From the NCBI RefSeq assembly GCF_032062105.1, contig NW_026925910.1, positions 124,001-188,000 on the forward strand: 64,000 bases of DNA, in the 5' to 3' direction. The position numbers and the translations under genes are program-made. Origin of the DNA: Saccostrea cucullata (taxonomy: Eukaryota). Below the pieces are notes generated by a model. It was not told the origin of the DNA and made no database searches. It worked only from the letters and a program-made list of their open reading frames with translations. Below, one piece after another: positions 23,001-34,253 of this stretch. The stretch's first letter is position 1. The number at the start of each line of letters is the position of its first letter.

Positions 23001-26000
23001 ACTTGTCTTTTTAATGTCAAAATAGATTCAGAGAGAAACGGGGATGTAAAGTTAATATGGAGTCCTAGTCAATGTTTGAAAAATCTATCACGTCAAATAA
23101 TGACGTTGATATGTGTTTTAGATTTACTGAACTCCAAAAAAACAAAATATGCTGGCACAATCAAGCGAGGATCTCTCCAAATGTATAAATCCATTTGCAA
23201 TAATATATGCATTGAAAGCTGCTGTTCATGATATTGTAAAGGCGTATTAAGAAAAGGACAGGTTGAAGTCCATACTCAGCTCTAGGGAATCTCATCAAAA
23301 TAAATGTACGAGGAAGAAGCGGACATTGAAAAATAATGACGTTGTCGGACGTCATGCAACTAAGCGGCGACGGCGCCTGGTGATCATATAATGTCGTTTT
23401 TATTTTATAATAATTTGGGAAATAATGAACGTATCAAGCTAAAATTTTCAACATTTCTTTATTTTTTGTTGTTTTATGTTCCTTATAAATTTTGTAAGCT
23501 CAGACTACATAGTACTAATTTTATAGCCTCAGTCCACGAACTTTTTGATAACCCCTCGTAAAGGAGAAAATATTCAGTGGATGTAAATATACAGTTTTCA
23601 TACTTCTGACTAGTATTTACTGATAAAGACTAAGATACTAGAAAGATGCTCAAGGCTTGTAATACAAAGATGCTCAAAATTTCAAATTTTGCAAATACCT
23701 TTTGTTTCTTATAACAATTTTAACGTGAAGTACAATAGTCTCTCATGCACAATTATATACAGTAGAGACTCGCTATTACGGTGACGGTTTTATACGATAG
23801 AACACTTATTACGTTGTAAATTCAAAGCACAAATCCATTTCTTAACAAATCTATACAAAAAAGAACTGTTTATTACGATGTCCAAAATCGCCAGGTCTCA
23901 GTAATACGATGTAAAAATTCTGTCAAAAATCTTTTCACTCCATGTTTATTCAGTGTTGATTGCTGGTAGACACTTAAGGAGACGCTAAATAAACATTGGA
24001 ACACCTGTGCTCTGAGAGAGTGTTAACTAACAGGGCAGTTTGGTGATTAGTGACGCTTGATTGCACCCACCTGGACTGTTCCAGCGAGCCCAGCAGATTT
24101 GGAGATGTGCCAAAGCCATTGTTAAACAATTAAAGTTGACTCATAAACCTAGCTTCTTCTTTATCTATCACTGTAATTCTTTTTTTTTTTTTAATTCTTT
24201 TATTCTTTATTTCATACTTAGTTTAATAAATTAATTAAATAAATAAAAGGTTATATTTAATATTATGCATGTATGCTGTACACAGGTACACATAATGTGT
24301 AATTTCGTTTGCAAATAAACTGCGTAAATAAACAGCTTGGGTATCAAACATAATTTGGACAAATTTTGAACTCCACTACAAACGTTTTAACAGCTTGGGT
24401 AGTGGCTTGGACTACCTCTCAGTTGTCAGCAGAAATACAAATCGATAATTGCTGAACTGCTAATTGACCTCTGTTCAGTAATTAAAAACAAATTATTTTG
24501 ACAGATTGCTTGTCTATTTACTTTGACCTTTTTATTTGAATAAAAAAAATGTTGTTGTTTATTTAGAAATGACTTTTAATTGAATACAAAGAGAATAAAA
24601 TAATCAGAATTATGGTTGTTGTTTATATAGAAATGACTATGACTACGAAGACATTGAAATTTTCACGAACGCATTATCTGGACAGAAACGAAAGTGAAAG
24701 TACATGTTACAGAAAATGGCGGCAATTAAAGGAAGATTGTCAAAGTTTCTATTAAAAAATGTGCTCTATGCTTTTACTAAGATGGAAAAAGAAGAAATAG
24801 CATCATGAAAATAAGTTTTAAAGATAAGTAATCAATGAATTAAGTGTATATGGCATATTGGAGAAGAATTTGAGCATGAAAAGGAGACAGAAGGAGAGAA
24901 ATATACCCCCTAATACAAGAACACGTTTTCCAAATGATGTTTTACTGGATTTTATAGGGAACTTTTATTACGTTGCCCTCGGTATTACGATATTTTACCG
25001 TGACAAAGTGAACATCGTAACAACGGGTCTCTACTGTACATAATTTTAATGCACAGCAAATTTGATAAAAATGATTATTTTCAGCTAACCAAGAGCAGAA
25101 TGTCTAAAGGCTTACACAGAAATACAAATGATTATTACCTTAGCTAGTGCACTGTAACTGTTGCTCTGTTTTATTGGAGACTTTTCAAACCTCTGATTCT
25201 GGGATGGTACTTTCACTTTCATTGAAGACGGTGGAAGAGCTACCACTGGGTTGTCTGTCCGGACGGGAAGATGTCTGTTGGTCAGTTCTATCTTCAACAG
25301 GCCACAAAAACTGTCTGAGATAGCATACCTGATCAAAATACAAAGGTCCAAATGAGATAGCATACCTGTCAGATCAAAGAATAAAGGTCCAAATGACATA
25401 GCAACAGATGTCAAAAATAAATAGGAAGCTGAAGGAGGATCAATAGGAACCAACTAAAGACTAAACACATCAAAAGCAACAAATTCTGATCCTTTATACT
25501 TAAGTTTCACATATTGAAATTTTAGATAGTTCTTCATGCGTAAAAAAAACAACTCACGAATATCTTTGAATAATCCCCAGTGAGCAGTATTTACATTCCA
25601 GTTCTTCATGGTAATCACATCTAAAATGTAAAAACAGCGCTACAACAATGGAAACAAGCTTCATCTTTCAACATGTACCCAGTAATTTGAGTCTGTAAAT
25701 CTTCACTTTTTTACACAATGACAAATGACCAAAAATGTTCAGATGTAAATTGCTGGTAACAGATTTTTCAGTTGAGCTAGTAATTTTACTGCTGTCATTA
25801 GCCCAATTTTTTTTAACTTAGCATTCCTGTTAATAATACCTTGTTTTTGGCTCATAATCCCAAGAATTTGAAGTGAGCAATTCTATAACTCTTGTCTTTG
25901 ATACAGAATGACCTAAGTGTTGATAAAGGTCTGTGACCATGCCCTCCAATTCGTAAACTTTCTTCAGTCGGTTCGGGATTCCTAGACAGGCTCTCCCATG

Positions 26001-26241
26001 AATCCATTCCAAACAATAGGCCGTTTCTTTGATGTCATTACCCTATAAAGCAAAGCAACATTCATCATTACTTTATGACAACACATACTACAAGCTAAAG
26101 ACAAACATGAATCACAGAAGTAAATTCAGTGTTTATATCTTTTATTAATCTTTTTCATATCTATAATAATAATAATAATAATAATAAAACTTTATTTAAA
26201 GAAGGTAACCTGGTTAGTGCATGCACTATTCTTCCCCAGGG

Positions 26242-26307
<66 letters not shown>

Positions 26308-29300
26308 AATACAAAAAATATATACACTTCGTCAAGATACAATTCATCATAATTATATACAATTAAGTAATAGGTTTGAGGAATTACAATCACTGAATTA
26401 TGAATAGAGTGTTCAAATACAGACATATATTAACAATAACAGTACAATATACAATATTCAAATGATTTTACGACCACTGATAATGTAATTTTCCACATTA
26501 TGCTTGAATGTTTGTAGAGATTGAGAGAATCTAATGTGTTGGGGAAGTTTATTCCATAGATGTACACCTGAATACTGAAAAGAGGTCTTGAATAAGTTTG
26601 TACGAAATTTTAGTAACTTGAGATCATAATTAGATTCAGATCGCAGGTTATAAGAAGTTGAAGACTGAAATTCAAATAAGTTACGAAGATATTCGGGAGT
26701 CATTCCACCGAAAATTTTGTATAATAATATGTATTTGTATAGATCAACTAGTTCATAAACTGTTAACCACCCAAGTTTCTCAAACAGTGGTTTAGAAGAA
26801 GAATCAGGACTTGCGTCTAGGATAATCCTTGCTGCCCTTTTCTGTAATTTGAATAGTCTGTCCATGTCCTGCTTGGGGGCATTACCCCAAACAGTCAAGC
26901 AATAGTTAATAGATGGTAAAATATAAGCATTGTAATAAAGTTTCCTTGTATTAAGAGGGAGAAATTTCTTAATCCTACGAAGCGTAAATAACTTATAATT
27001 AATCGTTTTACAAACTGAGTCAATATGATTTGCATACTGTAACTTATCATCAATATGTACACCAAGAATTTTTCCAGTTTCAACAATTTCAATTGTTTTG
27101 TCTGAGGCATAAAGTTGTAAATTTGGATTATCTAATTTTAATTTTCTTTGCTTTGTTCCCATTAACATACATTTTGTTTTATCTACATTTAAAACCATTT
27201 GATTTTGAGCACACCATTTTTCAATCTAACAAAGATCTGCATTTAGCGTATTTTCTAAACATCGTGCATTATGATTATTTGAATATAGAGTAACATCATC
27301 AGCAAACATATCAATATTTGAATTGTTTACATGTAATGGAAGGTCATTTATGTACAATAAAAATAAAAGAGGGCCCAGAATTGACCCTTGTGGCACTCCT
27401 GCTGTGACGGGTTGAATATTGGAGACACATGTTCCAAATTTAACACACTGGGTCCTGTCGTAAAGATACGACTTAAACCATTTTATAGCTGTTTGGTCAA
27501 ATTTGTAATGAATTAATTTCTCTAGAAGAATATCATGATTCACCAAATCAAAAGCTTTACTAAAATCTATAAATGTAATGCCGATTAGTTCACCACGATC
27601 CATTGCATTAAGCCAACTTTCTGTTAGTTTTGTAAGTGAAGTTTGACAAGAATGGAGTTCCCTAAATCCCGACTGGGATTGTGTTATATAGTAGATCAAA
27701 TTCATTAGTGAAGTTTTGTATTAGCTTAGCTACATGTTTTTCTATCAGTTTAGATATAGTTGGTAAAATAGAAATAGGACGATAATTATTCGGGTCAGCT
27801 TTGTCACCTTTCTTAAAAATAGGTGTTACTTTGGCTTGTTTTAAATTTGTCGGGAAAATACCACTTTCTATGCTAGCATTAATAAGATTAAGATGTACCA
27901 ACCAGACAATAAAATGGAGGGTATTCGGGTTTCTCTCCATTAGGATTTACAAAATTCTCTAATTGGATCCATAATCCTCTGTAATTGGAATCGGCATTCT
28001 CAAAATTTTCCATCGGAATTTTATGGTAATCCTCACCTTTTTAAATAAATTAAAATGTACAATCCACAAAAATAAACTATAATTCATAACTGATTAAATA
28101 AGGTATAAAATTTTTTTGGCAAAAGATTAGGAATAAATTGCATTACAATATTCTTACTTTTTTCTTTACAAACTCCTTTATATCCCAGTGGAATTCTTCC
28201 TGTAAAAATAGACATAGGTAGTCAAAGATCATCTCCACAAATGTTACATCTAAGAGAGGCAAAATCTAAAACCATATTTATAAAGTTACAGTAAATTACA
28301 TCCCTAGATACAACTGCTCCAAAAACTGGGACATTAAGGCCAAGGGTATAGACTAAGCATTTTGGAGGTAAGTTAAAAATGCACTCAGAAAAAGTAGTGA
28401 GAGACAAAGTTTTGATATCTTTCTCAAAGTAATGCAGTTAGCCCTTTCATTACCGCTGTCAATCAAACTGCCAAACAAAATTGCCAAAGACTTTTTAATG
28501 TTACTCATTCTACACAATTAAGTTAAAACCATTTAAATTTAAAACGATCATGTTTATAAATTCAAAGAGTAAAATGCATTCTATCATCTCACTTAACTGC
28601 ACACTTTGTTTTCCTATACCGTATAGCGAGTTTTCTTGGCGGGTGTAAAATTTGGCGGTTTGCCTGCTTAAAGGTATGCGAAAAATTTTGGCGTAATTTA
28701 TTTTAGCAGATGCAGGGTTTCAGCTTTTTGCAGATGGACACTAAAAAGAGAACTAACTATTTCAGCGATTAAAATTTTAGCAGACTATCATCAATACGCC
28801 AAAATTAGCACCCCAATAAAATAACCTAAAATAAAATAATATGGTATACACATGTTCTTTACCTGGTTCTATAAATCTGTGGAGTTTTTTACTTATGCCT
28901 CGCTTGATGCTGTATTCAATTACGCCGATTTCTGCTGGCAAATAATGGCCATCATCAGTCATACACAGTGTTTGGAAGTTGATTAAATAAAACACCTCAT
29001 TTGCAACCTCTGAAAAGAAATTGTGTTTAATTTATTGTAATGAAAAGTATAAGATATAAATATAATTAAATCAAAAGTCTAAAATTCTAAGTGCTAGTTT
29101 ATGAATGTATTGACATGAAACCCTATGAATCTGAACCATAAAGTCTTTATTTTCCTTATTCTAATCCATACATTAAATAAATGCCAGCTGACCTTCTCCA
29201 GGGGGCCATTTTTCTCGGACAGACATCCTCTGCTTTAGTCTCAGCTGATCAGTCTCAGCTTCTACATCTACACGTTCCTAGAATGGATCACTTTGTATGT

Positions 29301-30772
29301 AAAATAATATCATATTTGCTTAGAATATGCAGCATGTTACACAAGGCCAAAAAATGATGATCAGTCAAGAGCTTTACCTCATGTTCCTATACAGCATATA
29401 AACCATTATTGCACAGTTTCAGAACACTTACCGAGAGCAGTTTTCCTTGGTTGTCCATTCTGTAGCAATCACCACTAGCTCCTTTCATTTGCTTTTTATA
29501 TTCCTTAGCCCTTTGATCATATACTGCCCTCTCTTTATCCGTAAGAGCCTATATTCAAAATAAATGCATGATTGAAATTCTGCACAATTAAAAAATGGAC
29601 ATGCAGGGACTGGCAAATAGATTCATAAGGCACTTGTCCAAAGGCAAGTACATGGTCAAGATACACTTGCCCTACCTGAATTTTTGCTTGCCCTACCACA
29701 AACTTATACTGTGTTTATAAATTAAAAAAAAAAAAAAGAGGAAGACCAATACTGATGAGTAGATCAAGCAAGCCCCTATGCCCAGCTTTAAATCTTTAGC
29801 TTACATATTGATTTTATTTTTGGCAAGTCATAATTAAAGATTAGGTAATCCTTAAATTTTTTTTTTTGCGGTAAATCAACCGACTCACAAAAATCTGCCC
29901 AACTCAAACTTGTTTATCACTATTCAAGGTATGAATTTTTTTTGTAGCTGGCTACAAGTAGCTCCTAAACATGCCCAATTTAAACCTTTTTTTGTATACA
30001 GTACCCTGATTGGGTTTTAGCTTTGTATGAAGCATGGCAGTACCAAAGTGTAACACTCTAAATAAAATTCAACTCATTGAGTCGTATGGAAGAAGAAGAT
30101 TGATTGATTGATTGTATATTGTTTAACGTCCCTCTTGAGAATTTTTCACTCATAATGGAGACGCCACCAATTGCTGATGGAGAGCTGCACATTTTGTCCT
30201 ATACTCGGCACTCAGGGCCATTGAGCAGGCAGTGATCTTTTTCATGCCAGCACCTACTGCGAAAAACCTACTAAACCTCGGTTTATACGGTCTCATCAGA
30301 AGGACTGGTCAGGTCTCCACGTCCCACAGTGGGATTCGGACCCGCGACATAAGGATCAACTCTTTACTTCGTGACTTTAGAGCAGACTCTCTAACCACTG
30401 CGCCACGCTGGCGACAAGGAGAGGAAGATAAGATAAATAGGCAATGAATTTTTTGGGGGTTTATACCCCACTTTCAATTTGCTTCCGACGCCTATGTTTA
30501 GGCAATGTCTAAATTTGAGTAGATTAAAACAACAAAAAACAAAATTTCATGATAGAGGATATAGAATCAACAATTTATCTTTTATGCAGCACATGCCAGG
30601 ACTGCAAATAAATTAGGCTTATACAAAATTAATAAAGTACCTTCCATCGAGGGTGTGCAATGGGAACAACGTCTTGGATTCCATTAGGAAAAACACGTCC
30701 TTCTTTTCTAAGCGATGGCTCGATGTCCTTCATGAAAAAGTAAAACCCATTTCTCGCAGGTTTCTTCGGCAT
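20038..30772 (-). CDS. MAEL: Protein maelstrom (HMG box plus MAEL domain, long low-complexity C-tail), 622 aa, 15 exons
   Basis: Exons 30772-30641, 29548-29432, 29277-29193, 29009-28863, 28199-28158, 28036-27903, 26042-25840, 25620-25558, 25328-25139, 22157-22076, 21928-21638, 21503-21409, 21160-21004, 20300-20211, 20078-20038 sum to 1869 nt in frame. N-terminus MPKKPARNGFYFFM. MAEL motifs YLPAEIG, HKIP, PPFYC, WDY...RCDYHEE..CKYCSL (ECHC Zn ligands). Confidence 0.93.
20520..20700 (-). mobile_element. Decayed SINE fragment in mael intron 13
   Basis: CACTCAGGGCCATTGAGCAG and GTCCCACAGTGGGATTC are shared with the SINE at 30100-30414. Confidence 0.6.
20703..21054. repeat. ~56-bp minisatellite (6-7 units) derived from the mael exon 13 / intron 13 junction
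   Basis: Unit AACCTGCTGGTTATTTGTTGCTGTGGAATTACTAACCTCTCTGAGGGGAGCAGTT repeated. Confidence 0.9.
22483..23558. mobile_element. Non-autonomous mariner-type DNA transposon in mael intron 9
   Basis: TIR CGAGGGG(C/T)TATCAAAAAGTT with TA TSD; no transposase ORF. Confidence 0.85.
23760..25036. mobile_element. Non-autonomous pogo/Tigger-type DNA transposon in mael intron 9
   Basis: TIR CAGTAGAGAC(T/C)CG..(A/G)TTACG with TA TSD. Confidence 0.8.
25316..25420. repeat. ~37-40-bp tandem triplication spanning the mael exon 9 acceptor
   Basis: TGAGATAGCATACCTG at 25316 and 25353; a degenerate third copy near 25394. Confidence 0.8.
26163..27890 (-). mobile_element. 5'-truncated L2/Crack-like LINE remnant in mael intron 6 (same strand as mael)
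   Basis: RT fragments NNYRPISILP, DFSKAFDLVNH, GVPQGSILGP, MFADD, LQKRAARII and LWNKLP across three frameshifted ORFs. AATAAA followed by a (TTA)n tail near 26163-26195. Confidence 0.9.
26245..26304. repeat. (TA)n microsatellite, about 30 units
   Basis: Directly visible in the L2 3' UTR. Confidence 0.95.
28619..28844. mobile_element. Degenerate Tc1/mariner-type MITE in mael intron 4
   Basis: TA|CCGTATAG...ATATGG|TA ends. The left end resembles a truncated copy at about 51820 (CCGTAAAGCGGGTTTTTTTAGCGGGTGTAAAA). Confidence 0.55.
30100..30414 (-). mobile_element. tRNA-derived SINE in mael intron 1
   Basis: Same family as 17450-17749; (CAAT)n tail and A/B-box-like head. Confidence 0.8.
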
Positions 30773-30902
30773 GATGCCTATCTTTATCCTCCAAACCCCG
30801 CGTGTTCGGAAAAAATCTTTCGCCTGACAATCGCGGGAAATGAATCAGTGTTACGCTATTGTATGCATGCCGATCCCGATGAGAATTAAACAGAATAGAC
30901 CC

Positions 30903-30978
30903 CAATCTCTCACCAGAGGGCGTTTTACGCATCCGCTCCAACACGTGTAAGCGGAGCGCGCCCTCTGGTGAGAGATTG
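30903..30978. mobile_element. 76-bp mini-MITE in the mael proximal promoter
   Basis: Perfect 20-bp TIR CAATCTCTCACCAGAGGGCG, flanked by the perfect direct repeat GAATAGACCC (30893-30902 and 30979-30988). Confidence 0.9.
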
Positions 30979-31620
30979 GAATAGACCCCAAAGTCACTTA
31001 CTACATAAAAAAAAAAATTGTTCATCGATTTATTTAACTTATGCATGCCTTTCTTCTCATAAATCACTGACTACTTTATCACTTTCATAACAAAGGCGCA
31101 CCAAGATTAAAAAGACAGTCACAAATATTTTTTATGTAGGTAAACTAAAAAGAAACTAGCAATTTACTTTTTATTACTTTAAATAAATCTGTACATAAAA
31201 TTCATTGAACGGAAATTATAGGTTTTAAAGCTCTTTACTATGGTCAATAAATTGTCAATAATATATACATTACACATGCTCTTTATTCATATCCAAAAAG
31301 AAAAAAAAAGATACAGTAGTAAGTTATTAATATATCGAAGGGAGATCCGCTATTTGATTGGGATCTCGAGGGTGATTGGGAGATTCTTCCTGTTTATTTG
31401 ACCAATCTTTAAGAATAATTCTTAATTAAATCCAAACAAAAATTCAATTTGGTGACATAATCAATTGTAAAAGATGATTTCTTGGGTTCTGTGATGCTAT
31501 AAACATTCATTTAAATATAAATGAAAATAAATGAATAAATAATTACACATGTAGGTATATTATTCATAACTTTTCAAAAGTTATGGCAAATGTTAAAGTT
31601 TTTTTAAAAGCAGGTCAAAC

Positions 31621-32014
31621 CAGGCACGTAGCAACGGGGGGGGGGGGGGGGGGGGGGGCAGGGGGCCTGCCCCCCCCCCCCAATTTTTTTCCCAACATTA
31701 CCTGTACTATTGAAAATGTTCATTGAATTGTTGGTTGCCCCCCACCCCCCACCCCCACTTCTTACCACAGTAAAGGGATATCAAGGAATTGTAGTATTGT
31801 ATGCAAAAAAAATTGAAGTCAAAGAAAGTTGGCATTGAAAAAAGTTGGCCACTACCCCCCCCCCCCCCCCCCCCAGCCTCGAAAATAGGATTTTCGAGTT
31901 TGGGCAATTCCCCCCCCCCCTTTTTTTTACTTGTCAACTTTTACAGGTAATGAAAAAAAAAAATCATCTCTGGCTCCCCCCCCCCCCACTTTCAAAAACG
32001 ATGCTACGTGCCTG
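31621..32014. mobile_element. Non-autonomous DNA transposon with long G/C homopolymer runs
   Basis: TIR CAGGCACGTAGCA / TGCTACGTGCCTG with flanking CAAAC duplication. Confidence 0.75.
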
Positions 32015-32980
32015 CAAACTCAGAGGTCAAGTTAAAGAGTAAAAAAAAATATGTCGATCCTTATAGAAAGATCTTGTCACAATAAATATACACGTGACGT
32101 ATTGATTTCAAGCTTTAGCAATGACTGTTCAAAAGTTTGTGAAAATTTAAAGATTAAAAAAATTGAGCAAAAGTGGGTCCATCTCCAAGGTCAATGCCAA
32201 ATATATTGGCACCCAGATTTTATTACAAGGAATACATATGTCAAATATGAAAGTCATAGCTCCAACCAATCAAAAGTTATGGGCAAGGTTAAAGTTTTGC
32301 GGACAAATAGACAGACAAACAAACAGGCAGACGGTCATGATGAAGACTAACACCCCTCATCGATTCATCGATTACGGAGGCATAAAAATACGGCCGTGGT
32401 TACCGTTGGCGGATCTAAGTTACTAGAAATTTTTAATGGGGCCAAACACAACCAAACATTTGATTATTTTAAAATGTATATGCCTGTAATTTAATGTAAC
32501 CACTGAAAAGCAATATTGTATATTTAGATTCTATTATAAATCCTCAAAATACAGAGAAGATTCTCGACCTCTGAGTCACTTCAAACCTTTCTGTGCAATT
32601 TTACAGCAAGCCTCATTTGTTTAATCTATTGTAAAAACAGTATATTTTGTATTGTATAAAATCGTTCTTTTTGAATAGAAAGTATTAATTACAAATATTA
32701 AATCTGCAAAATGGATGAAACTGGATCCCCGCTTGAAACTCTTCCTGTAGTAGGTCCAATCAAACAAATGGTTTTGCATATTTATTTTCCTCTTGTTCGG
32801 CGCAGAGATCCAATGAAAAGATAAAAATTACGGATGGCTGAACACAGACAAAATGAGCATAATTTATTGACGTGCAGATTTTATGATCCGTTTTGTTTAC
32901 ATTTAAAGCTACTGACTTGACATGGATAGTATTTTGCACCAATAAAAGCAATGTCGTGAATAAATAAACTCAATTCAAAC

Positions 32981-34102
32981 ATGGTGACAATAAAAAGATG
33001 GAGGTCTATTTTCAATGTGACAAACAGGATGTACTTATTAGGAGTTTTATCCGTTCTTGTTCTATATCAGCTTTGGGACCAGAATCGTCAGTTGTCCAAA
33101 TTTTCCAACTCTTTCAGAAGGATAAAAAGGGATATGTTCTACTTCTTTAACCCCACCATTCTCGTGAATATTAATACCAGTTATCCAGACCGAAAAGTTG
33201 AAAGTCATGTTGACCAACAAAACTACGTCTTTCAGTCCAGTCATATTCGCAGGACAAAAACCGGAAGAAGAATAGCAAGACCTTTTTCGTGTAATTCTTG
33301 TTTTGTTCACAACTTTGACTATGTTTTAAACAACAGAGACATTTGTAATACAAATAATGGCGATGCTTCTATTTGGGTTGTTATCCTGATCTTTAGCACA
33401 CATGCAAATTTTAACAGAAGAAAAGCTTTGAGAGAAACATGGCTTCTACCATCTAGGCGTAATCTAGGCAACTTTCGTTATGCTTTTCTTTTAGGAATGT
33501 CTCAAAACAACAGTTTACAATTGGAACTTGAGAAAGAAAGTGCAATTCATAAAGATATTGTTCAAGAAAATTTTATTGACAGTTATTTTAACCTCACCTA
33601 TAAAGCAGTAATGGCGATGAAATGGGTCAGCACGTACTGCAATGAGGCTCAGTATATGATGAAGACAGACGATGATATGTATGTAAACACGGATTCTCTA
33701 AAAATTGCTCTTGATCAGTATGAGGACCTTTTATATGAATCCATTGGAGGATATTGCTGGACGAGGGCAACTCCTCTGAGACAAAGAAGTTCTAAATGGT
33801 ACGCATCGTACCGGATGTATCCACAGAAGATCTATCCGGGTTTCTGTTCCGGAACCGGATATGTAACTTCGGTTCACATGGCTAGGAAATTGTTTGAGAT
33901 TTCCCCTCATGTTCCCTTCTTCCACCTAGAGGATGTGTATATGGGGCTTTGTGTCTATGCTCTTGGTCTGACCGTGACTTCGATCAAGGGGTTCAATTTA
34001 GACCGGGTCCCCCTAGGTTGTGACTATAAAAGCAAGGCAGTGATTACTTCACACCAACTAGAACCGCCTCATCTTATTTCAATATGGCATTTAAATTGTT
34101 AA
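32981..34102 (+). CDS. Beta-1,3-galactosyltransferase (GT31 family), single coding exon, 373 aa
   Basis: N-terminal type II TM segment. Motifs RRKALRETW, FLLG, DIVQENFIDSYFNLTYK, MKTDDDMYVN, SKWY, YPGFCSGTGYV, LEDVYMG. Confidence 0.93.
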   Translation: MVTIKRWRSIFNVTNRMYLLGVLSVLVLYQLWDQNRQLSKFSNSFRRIKRDMFYFFNPTILVNINTSYPDRKVESHVDQQNYVFQSSHIRRTKTGRRIARPFSCNSCFVHNFDYVLNNRDICNTNNGDASIWVVILIFSTHANFNRRKALRETWLLPSRRNLGNFRYAFLLGMSQNNSLQLELEKESAIHKDIVQENFIDSYFNLTYKAVMAMKWVSTYCNEAQYMMKTDDDMYVNTDSLKIALDQYEDLLYESIGGYCWTRATPLRQRSSKWYASYRMYPQKIYPGFCSGTGYVTSVHMARKLFEISPHVPFFHLEDVYMGLCVYALGLTVTSIKGFNLDRVPLGCDYKSKAVITSHQLEPPHLISIWHLNC

Positions 34103-34121
34103 AAATAAGTTGTCAAAACAC

Positions 34122-34253
34122 CTGGCCTGGGGGCCATAAAACTTAGACGGGCTCACTTTTGATCTCAGTCTTACTTTTACCAAAGGAATATTAAGTGGAA
34201 AAGTGAGACTGAGATCAAGTGAGCTCGTCTAAGTTTTATGGCCCCCAAGCCAG
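34122..34253. mobile_element. Palindromic MITE about 20 bp after the GT31 stop codon
   Basis: CTGGCCTGGGGGCCATAAAACTTAGACG... / ...CGTCTAAGTTTTATGGCCCCCAAGCCAG; arms of about 55-60 bp. Confidence 0.85.

Noticed and set aside
26129-26426. ORFs with IYIYIY repeats
   Set aside because: They are translations of the (TA)n microsatellite.
30708-31067. 119-aa minus-strand ORF as a mael N-terminal extension
   Set aside because: It is out of frame with the MPKKP start and runs through the promoter mini-MITE.
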